DNA of 64,000 bases from Oculina patagonica (lineage: Eukaryota). The notes under the pieces are model-generated. The model was not told the origin of the DNA, searched no databases, and was given only the letters and a program-made list of their open reading frames with translations. Location of the stretch: NCBI RefSeq assembly GCF_052425735.1, contig NC_135764.1, positions 32,674,001-32,738,000 of the forward strand, read 5' to 3'. This document shows positions 38,812 through 64,000 of the stretch, one piece after another. Made by a program: the position numbers and the translations under genes. Within the stretch, counting starts at the first letter, position 1; every line of letters starts with the position of its first letter.

Positions 38812-39568
38812 ATGCTAATGAGGCAAATCTTGTAAATAAAAATTCCTCTCTAGATCGTTTGGCCGCGAAACAAGCAGACTTTGGGGCCTGTTCTTTCCAT
38901 CTCCCCCCCCCCCCCCCAAGGCAGTGCTAGGTTCGCTTGTTTGAGACGGGAAAAAGGCATCAAATACTACCAAGCACCCCCCCCCCCCCACCTACAAACT
39001 CAAAAAGAATACGAGAACCTACAGCTTTAAATTTCTTTAATTACTTACCAACCACTGAAAAATATCAACCATACAAATGTGTCCTTCAGTTTATATACAA
39101 GTAGGCTTGCTCAGCAGCAACGGGACCACGTTTTTTTAGCGAAAATAGTGTGGCTTTTATCGACTTAAGCCTCGTTAACAAAACTTTCCACTGACTAACA
39201 GACTACAGACTGTTTCTTAATTAGATTGTTGAACGTGAAACAAACACGGCCATTTCCATTTTTTTCTCTTCACGCTCGACGAACGTGGGGAGGGTAGCGA
39301 CTGCTCTTTTTCTAACTGACTTGAGTTTGCGAACCTTTATACGAACGTTTTCCGCCTGATAGGTTTTGAATTTTTGTTTTAGAATTTTTGTTTCACCCGT
39401 GTTATCTTATGCTAAATTTTGCATAGTGACAAGAAATTTCAATGTGCGACCATACGGGCCCTGTTCCCATATCCTGGTGCATGACTCTCCCAAAAGTTAT
39501 CGTGCCGTGACATCATGGTACCAGGGAAACGTATGCTCGGACCAAAAGAATGTCCCATGTTCTTGAAA

Positions 39569-51287
<11,719 letters not shown>

Positions 51288-51674
51288 CTTGTTTTACTTC
51301 GTTGATACAAACGTGAAATGGCGCTAAAACTGATCGAAATCGAAATAAACACAGAAATTCATGGCAGTCGAAAATGGCGGCAAATTTTATGAAATGTGTC
51401 AGCGGTGTTACTGGGCATTTCATATTCAGTAAGGGAGGGGTGGGGGACAGGAACGAAAATTATGAAAAGTTTTCATAAAATCAGGAATTCATAAATTTTT
51501 ATAAATTTTGCCGTTGGAAACTTTAAAAAATCTTTAAAACGAGGAGAAGAAACCTTTAATTTGCAGAAAGAGAAATAGCCTTATTTCCGTGTCTATCTTG
51601 CCCATCCTCTCGTCCCTCCCTTCCCATTCAATGATTTGACACTGTTGTTTATCCAGCCGGCGATCGACTCCCTA
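51288..51674. promoter_or_regulatory. Bidirectional promoter region TUBG1 / INPP1
   Basis: Only 387 bp between the two ATGs; YY1-like AAAATGGCGGC at about 51371. Confidence 0.55.
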
Positions 51675-53801
51675 ATGGCCGCTAAACACCTTCTGCAAGT
51701 TTTGCTGCAGGTCAGTGAAAAATCAGCCAAAATTGCACGAGCATGGCGCTGTCAGGAAGAGCTGTTCGAATTGATGGTTGAAGAGAAAACGCAGATAGAA
51801 AAGAACCAACGATTTGTGCATGATTTTAAAACACTGGCCGATGTTCTTGTTCAAGAAGTCGTGAAACATGATGTTACACAGAATGTGAGTTGAGTTTGAT
51901 GCAAGCTCGGGATACAGTTGCCGAAAGAGTGATCCTTAAATTTTTGAAGTGTAAACCTCTTTCTTTTGTTTAATCATGCAGTTTCCTGACTTCAGTGGTT
52001 ATATTTTTGGCGAGGAATCAAACGCATTTACCAACAGCTTTGGCCAGGAAATTAGAATAGAAGTGCAAGAGGACTCTTCTGCCACGTCAAAACATCTGTC
52101 CACGGTTCTTTGTGGAAATGAGACCGCTTCTCATCTGCTGGCAGGTCTTATTCATACTGACATTGTCTTGGAGACAGAAGAAACTCAAGCCTTGGAGGAT
52201 CAGTTAGATTTCGAGCTACCATTGAATGAGTTAGCTATTTGGATAGATCCAATTGGTAAGTAGGTAGGATTTCATATTCATTTGTAGGAAGCATGTAAAT
52301 TAAACAAAGCACCTGATTTAGGGCTATGTTTACACTGGGACTGGTTTCAAACAGGTCCAAATGAATCTTGTTTGATTTTTGGACCTAATAGGTCTTTTGT
52401 TTTCATGGGACCATTCTGGAACTGGTCCAGAATGGATCCAAAACTGGACCTGCTGTTTTGCAGGTCCAATTTTGGATCCATTCCAAACTGGTCCCAGAAC
52501 AGTGCCGTGTAAACAGCTGATCTGGTCTGGTCAAGTCCCATCTTGAAAAATTATTGAAATTCATATGTTGTTATGTAGAGTTAGCCCTGAGTCTATTCAA
52601 ACTCAGAGCCATGGACTATCCAGGGCTTCAGGAGGGAGGGGGGACTCCTATATGAAAGGATTAAGATTCTTCTCATCTTGCTCAGAGGTATAAACTGTGG
52701 TTTAATATTTTTGGTCTCACTTACTATGTTCAGAACAGAATGCCAAATTTTTTTAGCTGTCAAGGTCTTAAGGGTTGCACATTAAAGAAATAAAAAAGTA
52801 CCGTGTTGACGAGGCCTTATGCGTCCAATGATGCGATAAGGACAGATGATGATGATACTGTGTTGACAGTGTAGGCATGAAAATTGGTATCTTTTAGGGG
52901 TCAAAAAGGTATGAGCCATACCCAGGTTGGTCTCTTTTAGGGGTCTAATTCAAGATTACTTACAAGCATCCCCACCTCTTTCATGTGAGATACCTCCCAC
53001 CCTAGGCTAGGATGGACCAATACCACAGTAAAGCACATCATCTTTTTAGATCCCAGCCATAAAATTTGTGTTTGCCATTGTTGTCTAATTTTAATTTTTT
53101 TGACAGATTCCACAGCAGAATACATGTCAAATTCTCCTGGAGAGGAAGTTGATGGCATTGTTGTTTCAGGATTGCCTTGTGCAACTGTTCTCATTGGTGT
53201 ATTTCATCGAGACACTGGTCTGCCTGTGGCTGGTGTTATAAACCAGCCTTTCTGTACCTTAACCCAGGACAGCTCAAGCAACAAACAGTGGAGTGGGAGA
53301 AGGCTATGGGGGGTCGCACATGCTGGGCATTGCTGCTATTTTCTTGGAAATGAAAAACGGAAAACAAACGAAGCTAAAAAAGATATTAAACCTAGAAGTT
53401 TTAAGATAGCTATAAGTGGAAGTGAAAGTGAAGGAATGAAAAAGAATCTTATGTCCTCGGGTGCTAAATTATATCCAATTTCTGGTGTTGGCCACAAACT
53501 TCTTCACGTAATTGATGACAATTTAGATTTCTATATTCTGTCCCATGCCTCCTCCTTTAAGTGGGACACCTGTGCAGCACATGCAATACTTTGTTCCATG
53601 GGGGGAGGGGTGGTAGCCTACAGTGATGCAATGTCGTTGAAATCAACAACAAAGGAACTTGACAAAGCAAGTCTTGATAAATGTGAAATAAAATATGAAA
53701 AACCAGATAGTGACATAGGAAAGAAATGGAGCAACATCAATGGATTGATAGCTTTTAAATCATATCAAAAAGTCCTTCAACTCCTGGAGTCTTTAATTTA
53801 A
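51675..53801 (+). CDS. INPP1: Inositol polyphosphate 1-phosphatase; exons 51675-51884, 51982-52255, 53107-53801
   Basis: DFKTLADVLVQE, IFGEESN, WIDPI|DST (metal-binding DPIDST), GVINQPF, KWDTCAAHAIL. Confidence 0.93.
52811..52855 (+). mobile_element. Very short 5'-truncated RTE-type LINE tail with TSD
   Basis: GAGGCCTTATGC.. hairpin + (GAT)n tail; flanks TACCGTGTTGAC / TACTGTGTTGAC. Confidence 0.6.
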
Positions 53802-55490
53802 TAATACATTAGTATGGTGTCAAAGCAATTTGAGTTTATTTGATAAACATGCAAACATGAGACAACACAAATGCCCCTTTCATTTATTTAGTTGTAGCAG
53901 GAAAAAAGATTTATTTATTGTAAATATTACTGCAATGTACATAATTATAATTATAAATTATAGGCCTGTTTACAAAGGCAATTTTTGTCATGCAACAAAA
54001 TGCAATTTTTGTTATGCCAAAGTTGCATCAAGTTTTGAACAGGTTTGAAACTCCTTTGGTATTGTGGGGATGAAATTGCCGATTTCATCGCTGCGATATC
54101 GCAGAAGTTTCGAATCTGTGTGAAACTTAAAAAATCACTCACGTAAATAGGCCTTATCAATGCGTAGAGGCAATGTCAGTAGATACTTATTACAAATTAT
54201 TGTTATTATTGAGCAAGAAGTCAGCTGGCTTGACTTTAGACTTTGCAACACAAATTGATTTTTTTTGAGAATTATTTCGCACAAGGGGATCTATAAGTCA
54301 TGCAGATACTTAGCCTTACCATATTTCATTGCAAAGATGTTGTGTTAATATTTTAGAGCTCACACAGTAGTGTAGCACTGTTTTTCTTTCTATCATATCA
54401 GTGATATAGAAATGTAGAAAAGATTATAACAACTTGATTGCAATCAGATTATTTTAAGATAAACTAAATAATTACCGTATCAAATTTAACACATGGAGAG
54501 TACCAGAAACCTATAATAAAGTAGAGGAAGTTTGCATTTTGTAAACAATGTGTTGTTTCTGAGTTAAGAAATCAAAAATAAGTGGCACTAACACCACCCT
54601 GACTGTGCTAAAGTTTCTTTGTCAAATTGCAAAAGGAATTCAGTCTGGATTTCAAGGATTGGCACTTCCAATCACCACTTGGGATAACCAGTCAACAGCC
54701 ACTCAACTCAGGAACTAGATGGAAGGAGCGAGAAGGAGCTTGAGTTTTTTCTTTTGTTTTCATGGTTAATCTGTGAGGCCAAAATGGGCGATATATTGAG
54801 CGATGACAGAAACCCATACGGGTTGAAAACCCTTATGGGTTTCTGGCGATGAGTCATGGACTACTACCTGTACACAGAACTAAAAAAAAAAATTGTTCAA
54901 CCCAGTGCTCAAAGTCTAATTCTGTTTCCAATTGTAGTTTCTGGTGCAAAATAATAGACCATTCTCAATATTAAAATTCTAGCTTGGCTTTGAAGCTTGG
55001 GGAAATAAAACAAAAGATTTCACTTTGAGGTTGAGGGATGAATGAATAATTTCTTTTGCTTCACTTCCCCAAGCCTCAGAGCCAAGTTGGAATGTTAATA
55101 TTTAAAAATTGGTCTATTACATTGCACCGAAAGTTGAGGAAAATGGTAACAGATGGAAACCAAAAACAAAATCAGAGGAAAGGGAACTGACATAGTTTGG
55201 GGGAGGTCAAATATCACAGAAACAGAGAATTTTGGGGGTGAAAAATCCGGGAATTACATGTGAAAGTCAAATCAAGTCAGAATGATCAGTCGAAATTGTG
55301 AAAGTCAAATGACCCTTGAGGACAACAACAAGATTTCTGTGGTTGTAATAAATTATTTGACAACGTAAAATGCCTTAAGTGCAATCTCCTTTGGTGGTCG
55401 GATAAAAAATCTTGACAGTTTTCCGGCAAACGCCCTCAAAACGCCTCTTTTTGTTTGAGTAAGTTTATTTCCGGTTCCTTTCACGGGGAA

Positions 55491-55547
55491 CCGGAAGTGC
55501 CCATTGGCCTGACATGTCCCACGTGACTGGTCTGAAAAATTGGCGGG
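55491..55547 (+). promoter_or_regulatory. DNAJC9 proximal promoter motif cluster
   Basis: CCGGAAGT (ETS) 55491, ATTGG (reverse CCAAT) 55503, CACGTG (E-box) 55520, TTGGCGGG (E2F-like) 55540. Confidence 0.45.
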
Positions 55548-55582
55548 CTGGGTGGCGGCAGCCATATTTCTTCTCCGAAAAG

Positions 55583-57639
55583 ATGTCTTTCTTTGAATCA
55601 TTGGAGTCGCTTTTTGGAACCAGAGATTTGTACGAAGTATTGCGACTGACAAAATCCGCGTCGGAATCGGAGGTAAAACGAGCCTACCGAAAAAAGTCGC
55701 TTGAAGTCCATCCTGACCGAGTGGCCGAGCAAGATAAAGCAACAGCTACAGTGAAGTTTCAATGTTTGAGCCGAGTGTACACGGTTCTCTCAGACTCAGA
55801 CAAGAGGGCATTGTACGACGAAAGTGGTGAAGTTGACGACGATGTTGTTGTACAAGAACGCGACTGGGACGCATACTGGAGATTGCTGTTCCAGAAAATA
55901 ACCGTGGAGGATATAGCGCAGTTTGAGAAGAATTACAAAGGTTCCGAGGAGGAAGTTAATGACCTGAGGTCGGCCTATCTGGATTATCAAGGGGACATGG
56001 ACGTTATTTTGGAAAATGTGCTCTGCGCTACAATCGAGGACGATGAAAGGTTCAGAGGAATCATTGAGGAGTTAATTTCTAAAGAAGATTTACCAACATT
56101 CCCAGCCTTTGAAAATGAGGGGAAAAAGAAAAAGAAGGCAAGAAGACAAAAAGTGAGTTAAAATTCACTTTCCTATGCCAATATTAAATCCTTCACCAAC
56201 CGTCTTCCCATTTCACGAAATTCCATAAAAACTGTAGTAACTTCAGGCCCATAAGAAAAAAAGAAATGTATATAAAGGTCCCAAAATATTTATTAAACAA
56301 CCCCCCCCCCCCCCCAAATGGTAAAAATCCTCAAAATTATGCTCTACTACCCTTCCAAGGACTTAGACTAAAAGCCACAATTTGAAAGGAGTCTCTTGCC
56401 ATTTTGAGTATTTTTTGTACTTTTTTTTGAATGGGATAAATGGTATACAAGTGATGGAAACACAAAAAAGTGGAGGGGCTGGACCATCAGACTTGCCCCC
56501 TCCGGCCTCCCAAATGTGTAAATAGACACTTAAAAATTTCTCACACAGTCTGCATAAATGTTGCTTCTGAAGGCATCTTTTCTCACATGGTTTTACACTG
56601 CCAATGAAACAATTTTTGCAGATATTTTGAAAAATAAAATAAGATTGAATGTAGAGGACCACATAGACTCAATTTGCAGCCATGGTGCACTGAAATACCC
56701 GCAGGTGGAAACTGAGCCTAAGGACCATATACATGCAGAATTAAACTGCTTGCAGTGAGAGTCTAAGGGCCGATTATTTAAACGAAGCCTAAGTTAGACG
56801 TGGTTTAAGGCTAAATCGAGGTTTAGACGACGACTCCATAAACTATGGCTAACCGGAGTCTAAATACTAATTGCATTAACGCCGATGAGCCGAAGTTCAC
56901 GAAGACCACGTTTAGACGACGTCTAACAAGTGTAGCTATTGTTTTGACATCATGCATGCATGCTACTCCCAAAGGAACACTATTGTCTTGCTGTTGTTTT
57001 CTTTTAATAAAAGGACTGTACTGCAGACATAATGTAGTATAGAGCTGTGTGGAAATATTTTCAAGAAATTGTACTTGTGTTTTTTAAAGGAAATGAAACA
57101 AATGGAATCAAATATCTCTTTAAACCAGCTCGGAGGTTCAGGAAGCGCATACAAAATACAAATCAAGAAACAAGTTGACTGCAACAGGCCAGAATCAGTG
57201 AAAATAAACAGTTTAACGACGTTTAAACCTACTCAGGAGCAGGTCTAACTTGCCATTGTTTGTTAGTCAACGGTTAAACTTTATCTAGACGCGGGTTATG
57301 ATAAACGTTGTTTAAATAATTGGATTCGCAGGCTAAATCCCGATTTAGACGATGACTTTCTTAGCCGCGGTCTAAACTTCGTTTAAATAACCGGCCCTAA
57401 GTAACTTCTCTTGAAAATAAACTTTATTTTACCTACAACAGGCTCAGAAGGAAGCTGCTGAGGCAGAAGAAATGGCACAAGAGCTTGGCTTGAATGACAA
57501 ATCTGACGATAGCTTGAAGCAGCTGATAATGAAGAGACAGCAGGATAGAAAAGGAGCAATGGATGATATGATAGCTGGGCTGGAAGCAAAATACTGCAAA
57601 CCAAAGAAACAGAAAACTTCCAAAGGAAAAAAGAAATAA
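55583..57639 (+). CDS. DNAJC9: DnaJ homolog subfamily C member 9; exons 55583-56152 and 57442-57639
   Basis: J domain with HPD (VHPDRV), WDAYWRLLFQKITVEDI, YKGSEEE, and C-terminal EAAEAEE...LEAKY. Confidence 0.95.
56767..57397. mobile_element. Harbinger-type MITE in the DNAJC9 intron
   Basis: TAA|GGGCCGATTATTTAAACGAAG...CTTCGTTTAAATAACCGGCCC|TAA. Confidence 0.85.
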
Positions 57640-58125
57640 TAGCTGACTCAGATTGTTCAGTTTTGACAAAGTAAAGATTAAAACTGCAACTCACTGTTTT
57701 CTAGAACAAAATAATGCAACACAAATAGATTACATTTCTAACATTGGCTGATACCAGAGTCACTTAAAAAAGGATTGTAAGCAATTTCTTAATAGCCTGG
57801 CTGGACACAATTCAAATGTTGTCTACTTGCACGCGATCCAGGAGAGATATAGGAGATACCGAGATGTCAGTATGCAAGCTATTTAGCTTTGAAGTGTTGT
57901 TGTTGTGACTGAAATTTATGCGAAAAAACTCTTATTAATTAAAGTGAGGAGTATAATTTATACTTGAATTGTTCTATGTTTATGAGAGTCCATAGCTTGA
58001 TAATTAACACGAAAGAAATTTCAACAAATTTTGTTCCAGTTATCTTTTGGGGGGTCAGAACCTTCCCCCTCCCGTACCTTTAACTCCCACTTCCCATCTC
58101 TTTGTCCCGTCTCTATTGCAAAATA

Positions 58126-58626
58126 CAGTACTTAGAACCCCGGTAACTCGAAATCTGAAGGGAAACGAAAAACAGTTCGAGTTAGCGGGGTTTCGAGTTA
58201 TCGGGGTCAATTGAATACTTAATTTGCCAAGTTAATAATTGATAGTTTACTGATTTTTCAGCACTACAGTATACAGTACAGTGCAAATTGAACTTATCTT
58301 GCCAGAAACTCTAACACGGCCATACATTCTAATGATAAGAGTGGAAAATGGCTGTCAAATACGTGATCTGTTCGTTGCTCTAATCAATGGGCAACCGTGG
58401 CGTCTTGCAAGAACAGGAATTCGAGTTATCGGGGTAAATTTGACCCAAATTTTGTTCAAGGGAAACGAAATTTAGTTCTAGTTAACGGGGTTTTCGAGTT
58501 ATCCGAGTTCGAGTTAACCGAGTAAAAATGACTGAAAAGTGGGGTCAAATCCAAGGGAAATGGAAGTTTGTTCGAGTTAGCGGGGTTGTTCGAGTTATTC
58601 GAGTTCGAGTTACCGGGGTTCTACTG
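58126..58626. mobile_element. Tc1/pogo-type MITE
   Basis: TA|CAGTA..AGAACCCCGGTAACTCGAA...TTCGAGTTACCGGGGTTCTACTG|TA; many TTCGAGTTA subrepeats. Confidence 0.8.
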
Positions 58627-59607
58627 TAGATAACAAAATGCTGCAAAATTTTATCGTTTTCTCCTGGTTCCTGCCACCTTAGGAATCCCGGTTCCCACCG
58701 TCTCTTCTCCCGCCTCCTGCATGCCCCATTTTTCCTGGGCTCCCACCCATGGAGGGCAGAACATTTACTGATCATTGCAAAATAACCTTTCTTGAGCTGA
58801 CAGCAGGGTGGGGTGGGTAAATTCAGACCTACCATTTGATGAGATTTGCCTTTATTTTAAGTCGTCTTGGCTTTCTTTATTAAATTTAGAACCCGAGCGT
58901 TAATTTTACGAAATGAAATGGAAATGAAACGGTGAATATTAATTGAATGACAAGGTGTCACCTTTCCCCACCCCTATGCAAATAGTATTGCGCTACTTGC
59001 CCCATGGGATTCAGTTGTGGTAAACAGTTTTCAGTCGGCGGCTCACGGCTCGCTGATTCATTCATTTTGTCTAACTCGCCGCATATTTTCTTGCTCCGTG
59101 GAGTTTTCTAGAAATGAGAAGGACGTAAATGGCCTTTTGCTTATGACTGTAGCATTCGTGTTATGCATAATACGTTGGTATGCTACCTGAAAAGAAGGCA
59201 ACAGGCTGTTCATGTTAAAACAATAAGGACGGTCAAGTTTGCACTTATCGAGTAGTTGTGTTCGCGCAGTTTATTTATTGCCTTCTAATTCAATGAAAAT
59301 TCATTCACGATTGGACTATAAAGGAGGAAAGGTAATGGAATTTTTCACTTGCTTTTGTATTAATTTTCTCTGTAACGCATTTGCTCGTACAGTTGTTTTC
59401 CGTATAGCAACACCTTTGGACATCGTATCTGGTGACAACTCGAACGCCTTGCTCATGTTGTGTTGTTTTACAACGTGAAAGCGAGCAAACAAACCACGAC
59501 TCAAGGCAGCATTGAAATAATTTTGTTGTTTCTTTCATTTGTCAGGTGGATTAGATTTAATCATTAAAAGAAGATATGTACGAAACAAGCACTCAAAATC
59601 GTTAAAC

Positions 59608-62600
59608 ATGGACTCTGTGGCCGCAAGTTCTGGAAGGTAGGCTTTGAATCGTTACATTTATTCTAGATTTCGCTCTCAGATTACCCGAACTAAAAACATG
59701 TTGTTATTGTTTCAAGTCTTAGGCTTCGTAAATTTTCCTCGTATACAGAGATTTCGCATTTAAATATAGCATTCTACTGAAATACTACCAAAACAATTTC
59801 ATCCATGAATTTTAATGTAAGCCTCGTCAAGCGGTGAAGATATTGGATTCGATTTGGACGATACAGGCTCAATTGAAGAGTTAAAATTATCCCTTGATAC
59901 CAATATACTAACCATCTAAGCGTGCTATGGTTTAAGAGGGCATTACATGTTCTTTTCCTGCTATAGGTCAATATCTACTTTTGGATTAGTATATGAGCTC
60001 ATTTTAATCGTGGGAAATCTGTTGGTTGCTTCGAAACTTGGAATTTCACACTGTGCGGATAAGAATAGCGAACAATTAGCAAAAGTAAATCTTAATATTT
60101 TTAGACTTTCGAGATTCTTAAATCAGTAATCCTTCAACAAGTTTTCCCACAATTTCCGGTCGAAAAACACACAAAAAATGTATTGTAGACAGTGTTTATT
60201 TTGGAGCTTCGAATTAATAGTTCTTTTTATACGCAAGGTAAAAATTATATTGCATCGAGACAACTTTAATGCTTGGATAGGTTTCTTAAATATGTGTTAT
60301 GCTTGCCTACAGTTTACAGAAGTTTAAATATAGCTCATATCAAAACAATATACATGTACAATTCTTAATAATTAGTTCAGTGTTTATTCATTCTCGCCTT
60401 TAAAAATGTGCTACTTTAATTTTAAAATAAAACACAATCTTTTGTTGTTGTAAACCAAAGCACACAATGCAGTGCCCTAAAGGCTGAACAAAAGGAGACT
60501 TAAAAATTTAATTTCTAACAGGAAATTCCAAGGCAGTAATAAATTACATTTAGGGTGTTAGTTTTTCAAAGAAATGACAATGACTCACTCTGCATAAGAC
60601 TGCCAATGGGGGGCATCACATAGACTGTCTGACTGTCTTGTATAAACTTGTTTTACGATACGGCAGACACCTCTCAGGAGGGCCCTTTACTTCTTGCCTT
60701 TAAAATACATGGCAAAGCTATTGTATAAAGGTATGGAATATTTTATTTCTGAACAAAATTTACAGCTGTACATATATTAAAAAATTTGAAGTAATAATTT
60801 AAGACTAAAAGTTAAGACTAAAAGGCCAAATCATCAAATGACTCTATATGCTTGATTGTAGTTCTGCCATCTTGAATATTGTGACAAAGGGAATACCGGA
60901 TGGGGTAGTAGTAGTAGTAATTTTATTTAATGAGGGAACACTTTATGGGTTGAGGATCGGAGTCAGCAAAAATAGTCTGACTGTCTTCTTTTCACTTCAG
61001 CAGGCATTCAGAGTTCCTTTGAAACCAGCAACAATAAATAAGATTGGTCAATTAAGCAATGCCGATTAATACAGTGCTGGCATGATTCAGTAAAAATCCA
61101 ACACTAGCCACCTTCACTTTTGGTGAATAGTTGTTAACTATTTTTTGCCGCCACCCCTCCTTGACCTCGGTGTCATGTTATTTTGGGGCGTCTTCAGCTG
61201 TATTTACGTCACTAGTGTTTTCAAACATAGATCTTTTTTTCAGAGTGTTGGAAGAGTTTTTCCTTTCTTTTCTTACCCACACAGTAAATCTCTATTTTAC
61301 TGCGTTTTAGTGCTTGCCTTAGAATACAATATTTTCAGATATAGAGCTGGGAAAATGCATACGACTGGCATCAACATGTAGTATGTCTGTAGTTAATCAA
61401 CTTCATACAGCTTTATATAGATCATTATGATCTATATAGCAACAGTGCAAATACTGTACAATACTGTATTCACTTGATAATCTGTTGAGAAATAAAGCAA
61501 TGATCCTTTTGCTCCTGGGGTATAGTATTAAGTAAGGATAATTTACGATTAAGCAGAAACATGCAAGATTGTAAACACTTGAAGTCTAAAGCATTTTTAG
61601 CTCTAAAAAATATTGAGATCAATTGACCTTGCTAGAAGCAATATGTAAAGAAGCATCTTATTCCACTTATGGAGCTTGGTAACCATATTGCTCATGAATG
61701 TAGAAAATCAAGCTCAAACAACTATCCAATTATTTCCAAATTAGACAGTATAATTATGGCTCCATGCACAATATAATTAACACGTAATGTGTGCTATGTA
61801 ATGCCCAATTTGGGAAATATTATTGGACTTAATCATTAATTAGAATTACTTGCCAAATTGGACAGTACAGTTTGTAGTCCTATTTCATAACACTAGTATA
61901 AAAGATGATCAGCATTTCTGTATTTCAACATTTCATATATTGCAAGACAGTCAAGTAATGGAACATGCTTCATACTTTATTTCAAAATCATGATGAAGTT
62001 TATCAGTTGCCAGTATGTTATCTACATGTACTTTGGTCAAATGAAATTTGTGTAGAAAGTACAGAATAGCTTTGAAAATGTACAGCTTAAACATGCAAAT
62101 ACCACAGGACTTACCTTTAGAATCATGAGCTGGATATAAACTTGAATAAATTCATTTAGTAGCTAACATTCATTTTGCTTGATAGCCATCTCTCTGTTTT
62201 TCTTATTTGTTTCTTTGTGTGTGCCTGTGTTTGTTTGTTATTGACATGTTTTCAACAAACTTGTTAATATAAATGTATATTTTTTTTTATAACAGGGTGC
62301 TTTCTTCAAAGCCGCGAGCCCCTCCCCCCACCCCAGAAGGTCATAAAATGTGATCCAGTAGATGCCGAGATCCAAGAAGATGATATTCCACGAACATTGA
62401 GTACAGCGCATCGGAAAGCATTACTTAAACAGTCAAAGGACCAAGCCAAAGAACCACAAGCTCTGGTGTTTAGAAAGCTTGATGACCAAGAACAAGTTCA
62501 GGGGGGTGCATCACAATCCAAAAATGTTAAAGTATCACTTGCACACTCTGGTGAAAATCTCTTAGCAACGTTCTATGGAATGCTTTACACTAACGATGGC

Positions 62601-62714
62601 GCTGAAAAGGACTGGAAGCTTGAGGTGGATAGCTTTATTCCAGTTTGCTTTGTTCAGGTCCAGGGAAATGCTAACAAGCCATTTAGAATTATTGCAGTTG
62701 AGAAGTCAAGAAGG
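59608..62714 (+). CDS. 5' part of an EVH1/WH1-domain protein (Homer/Ena-like fold); exons 59608-59636 and 62296-62714; no further exon identified in the window
   Basis: MDSVAASSGR joins in phase 2 to VLSSKPRAPPPPQ...; GENLLATFYGMLYTNDGAEKDWKL...PVCFV...KPFRIIAVE matches the first EVH1 strands (conserved W, FRII). Confidence 0.6.
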
Positions 62715-64000
62715 GTAAGTTTTTTGATTTATTTTAATCTTTTAAAAAATGTGTGCATAAAAGCCAGTGCTGTGATAATTTTCATGGTTTGGTTTCCAAA
62801 CAGTGTAATGTTTTTTCGTTTTTCTTCTTTTAACTATATAAAACATAGGCACGCTAAGCGTGCAGGAGTTATTTTTTCAATTTATGGGGTAGCTTGGGGT
62901 GAAACTGGGTGATTGTCCTGTTGTGATGGTTTATGCCATGGGTTGAGCTATTTGTGTATGGCGCCCCACGGAGCCACTTTTTTGCATAAAGTTTGCTTGC
63001 AAACAAAATAATTTTTACATGCATTTTGATACATCAGAACTGTTTTATTTAATACGGAAATTTTCATCATTTAATTAAAAAACAAAACTAATTCAATTGT
63101 CAAAATGTCACAAAATGGCACGTTCTTATTCTGTTTAATGCGGTTATTTTGTTGCTAGCTTTGTAGCAACCGTAACGGGTTACTTTTGTTTGTTACGGAA
63201 TACTTTTGGCTTTTTGCCAAATACTGTAACATGATACCGTTGTTTTTCTCACTTTTGCAACATGATACCTTTGTTATTTAAAACGAACGTAACACGATAC
63301 TCTTGTTTTTCTCGAAAACGCCACGTCTCCATATAGACATTGAACGAAAAGAACTATAATAAACGAAGTAATAAACGAATCAAATAAAAAAAAACCACTC
63401 TCTTCGGAAAAGTTCTTTAAAGCGCAGTACACCTGGAGTATTTGTTTCCTGTCAAAACTGTTCAACAAAGATTTTCGTTCATTCACAACGTAAATTCTAT
63501 TCAACAAACAAGAACTAATTGAGTTATCAAGTTGTCACGAAATGGCACGCTCTTATTCTGTTTTTGCTATCAATCCTAGTTGCTTTTAACAGTAAAGTTA
63601 CTTGTACCGGTTCATTATAAAATGTTTGAACGAAATGTTTTACAGTTGATTTCAGTTTACTTTGGCCGCCCGCTTTGCGAGGTTTGTTGGGAAATTGGAA
63701 ACTTTGTTATGAAGTTGCCAATTACAGTGCGAGTTTGCGAATCAAATTGCAAACATCGATACAAATTTCCCGACTTCGGCCCAACTGAACTTTCCAAGTT
63801 TGGTAGTTGAGGAGAAACAAGACATGTTGCTCGAAAGTCATGGCGATTTCTGAACTCGAAGATTTTAGAACTTGTCAAGGAAAGTAGCTTGAAGTGCAAA
63901 ACAACGTTTCGCATCAGCGATCACGCAAGTGATTTGCCGATAAATAAATTTCATGCATGTAGAAATTTGGTCAAATTTTAACTTTTTTGTATGAAAACAC

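Noticed and set aside
54820-54852. Hairpin ATGACAGAAACCCAT...ATGGGTTTCTGGCGA resembling a SECIS element downstream of INPP1
   Set aside because: The 3' GA is out of register for the quartet, the apical AA is misplaced, and INPP1 has no in-frame TGA. It looks like an inverted retroelement junction.

Overview
AT-rich, intron-rich animal genomic DNA, most likely a stony coral or other anthozoan (inferred from the repeat families, not proven), with one 128-N gap at 23978-24105. I rebuilt ten spliced protein-coding genes by hand from GT-AG sites and reading-frame phase. They are: a small SH3 + coiled-coil gene (-), RETREG/FAM134 (+), RPL37A (-), PSMC3IP/HOP2 (+), SLC25A1 (-), a Ly6/three-finger GPI protein (+), gamma-tubulin (-, with one extra base in exon 3), INPP1 (+), DNAJC9 (+) and the 5' part of an EVH1/WH1-domain gene (+). 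Three of these form head-to-head pairs. Introns and intergenic DNA are full of MITEs, SINEs and LINE tails. The best leads are five. (1) A ~250-nt structured unit with a central tRNA cloverleaf, present in two copies that show compensatory base changes and Penelope-type insertion marks. (2) A Penelope-type fragment carrying a minimal hammerhead ribozyme, with a 12-bp target-site duplication (TSD). (3) An internally deleted AcademH-like DNA transposon (RecQ helicase remnant, 9-bp TSD) plus three other insertions with 9-bp TSDs. (4) RETREG-PSMC3IP-TUBG1 linkage that mirrors human 17q21. (5) The gamma-tubulin frameshift, probably an assembly artefact. Gene names come from remembered motifs; no database searches were run.
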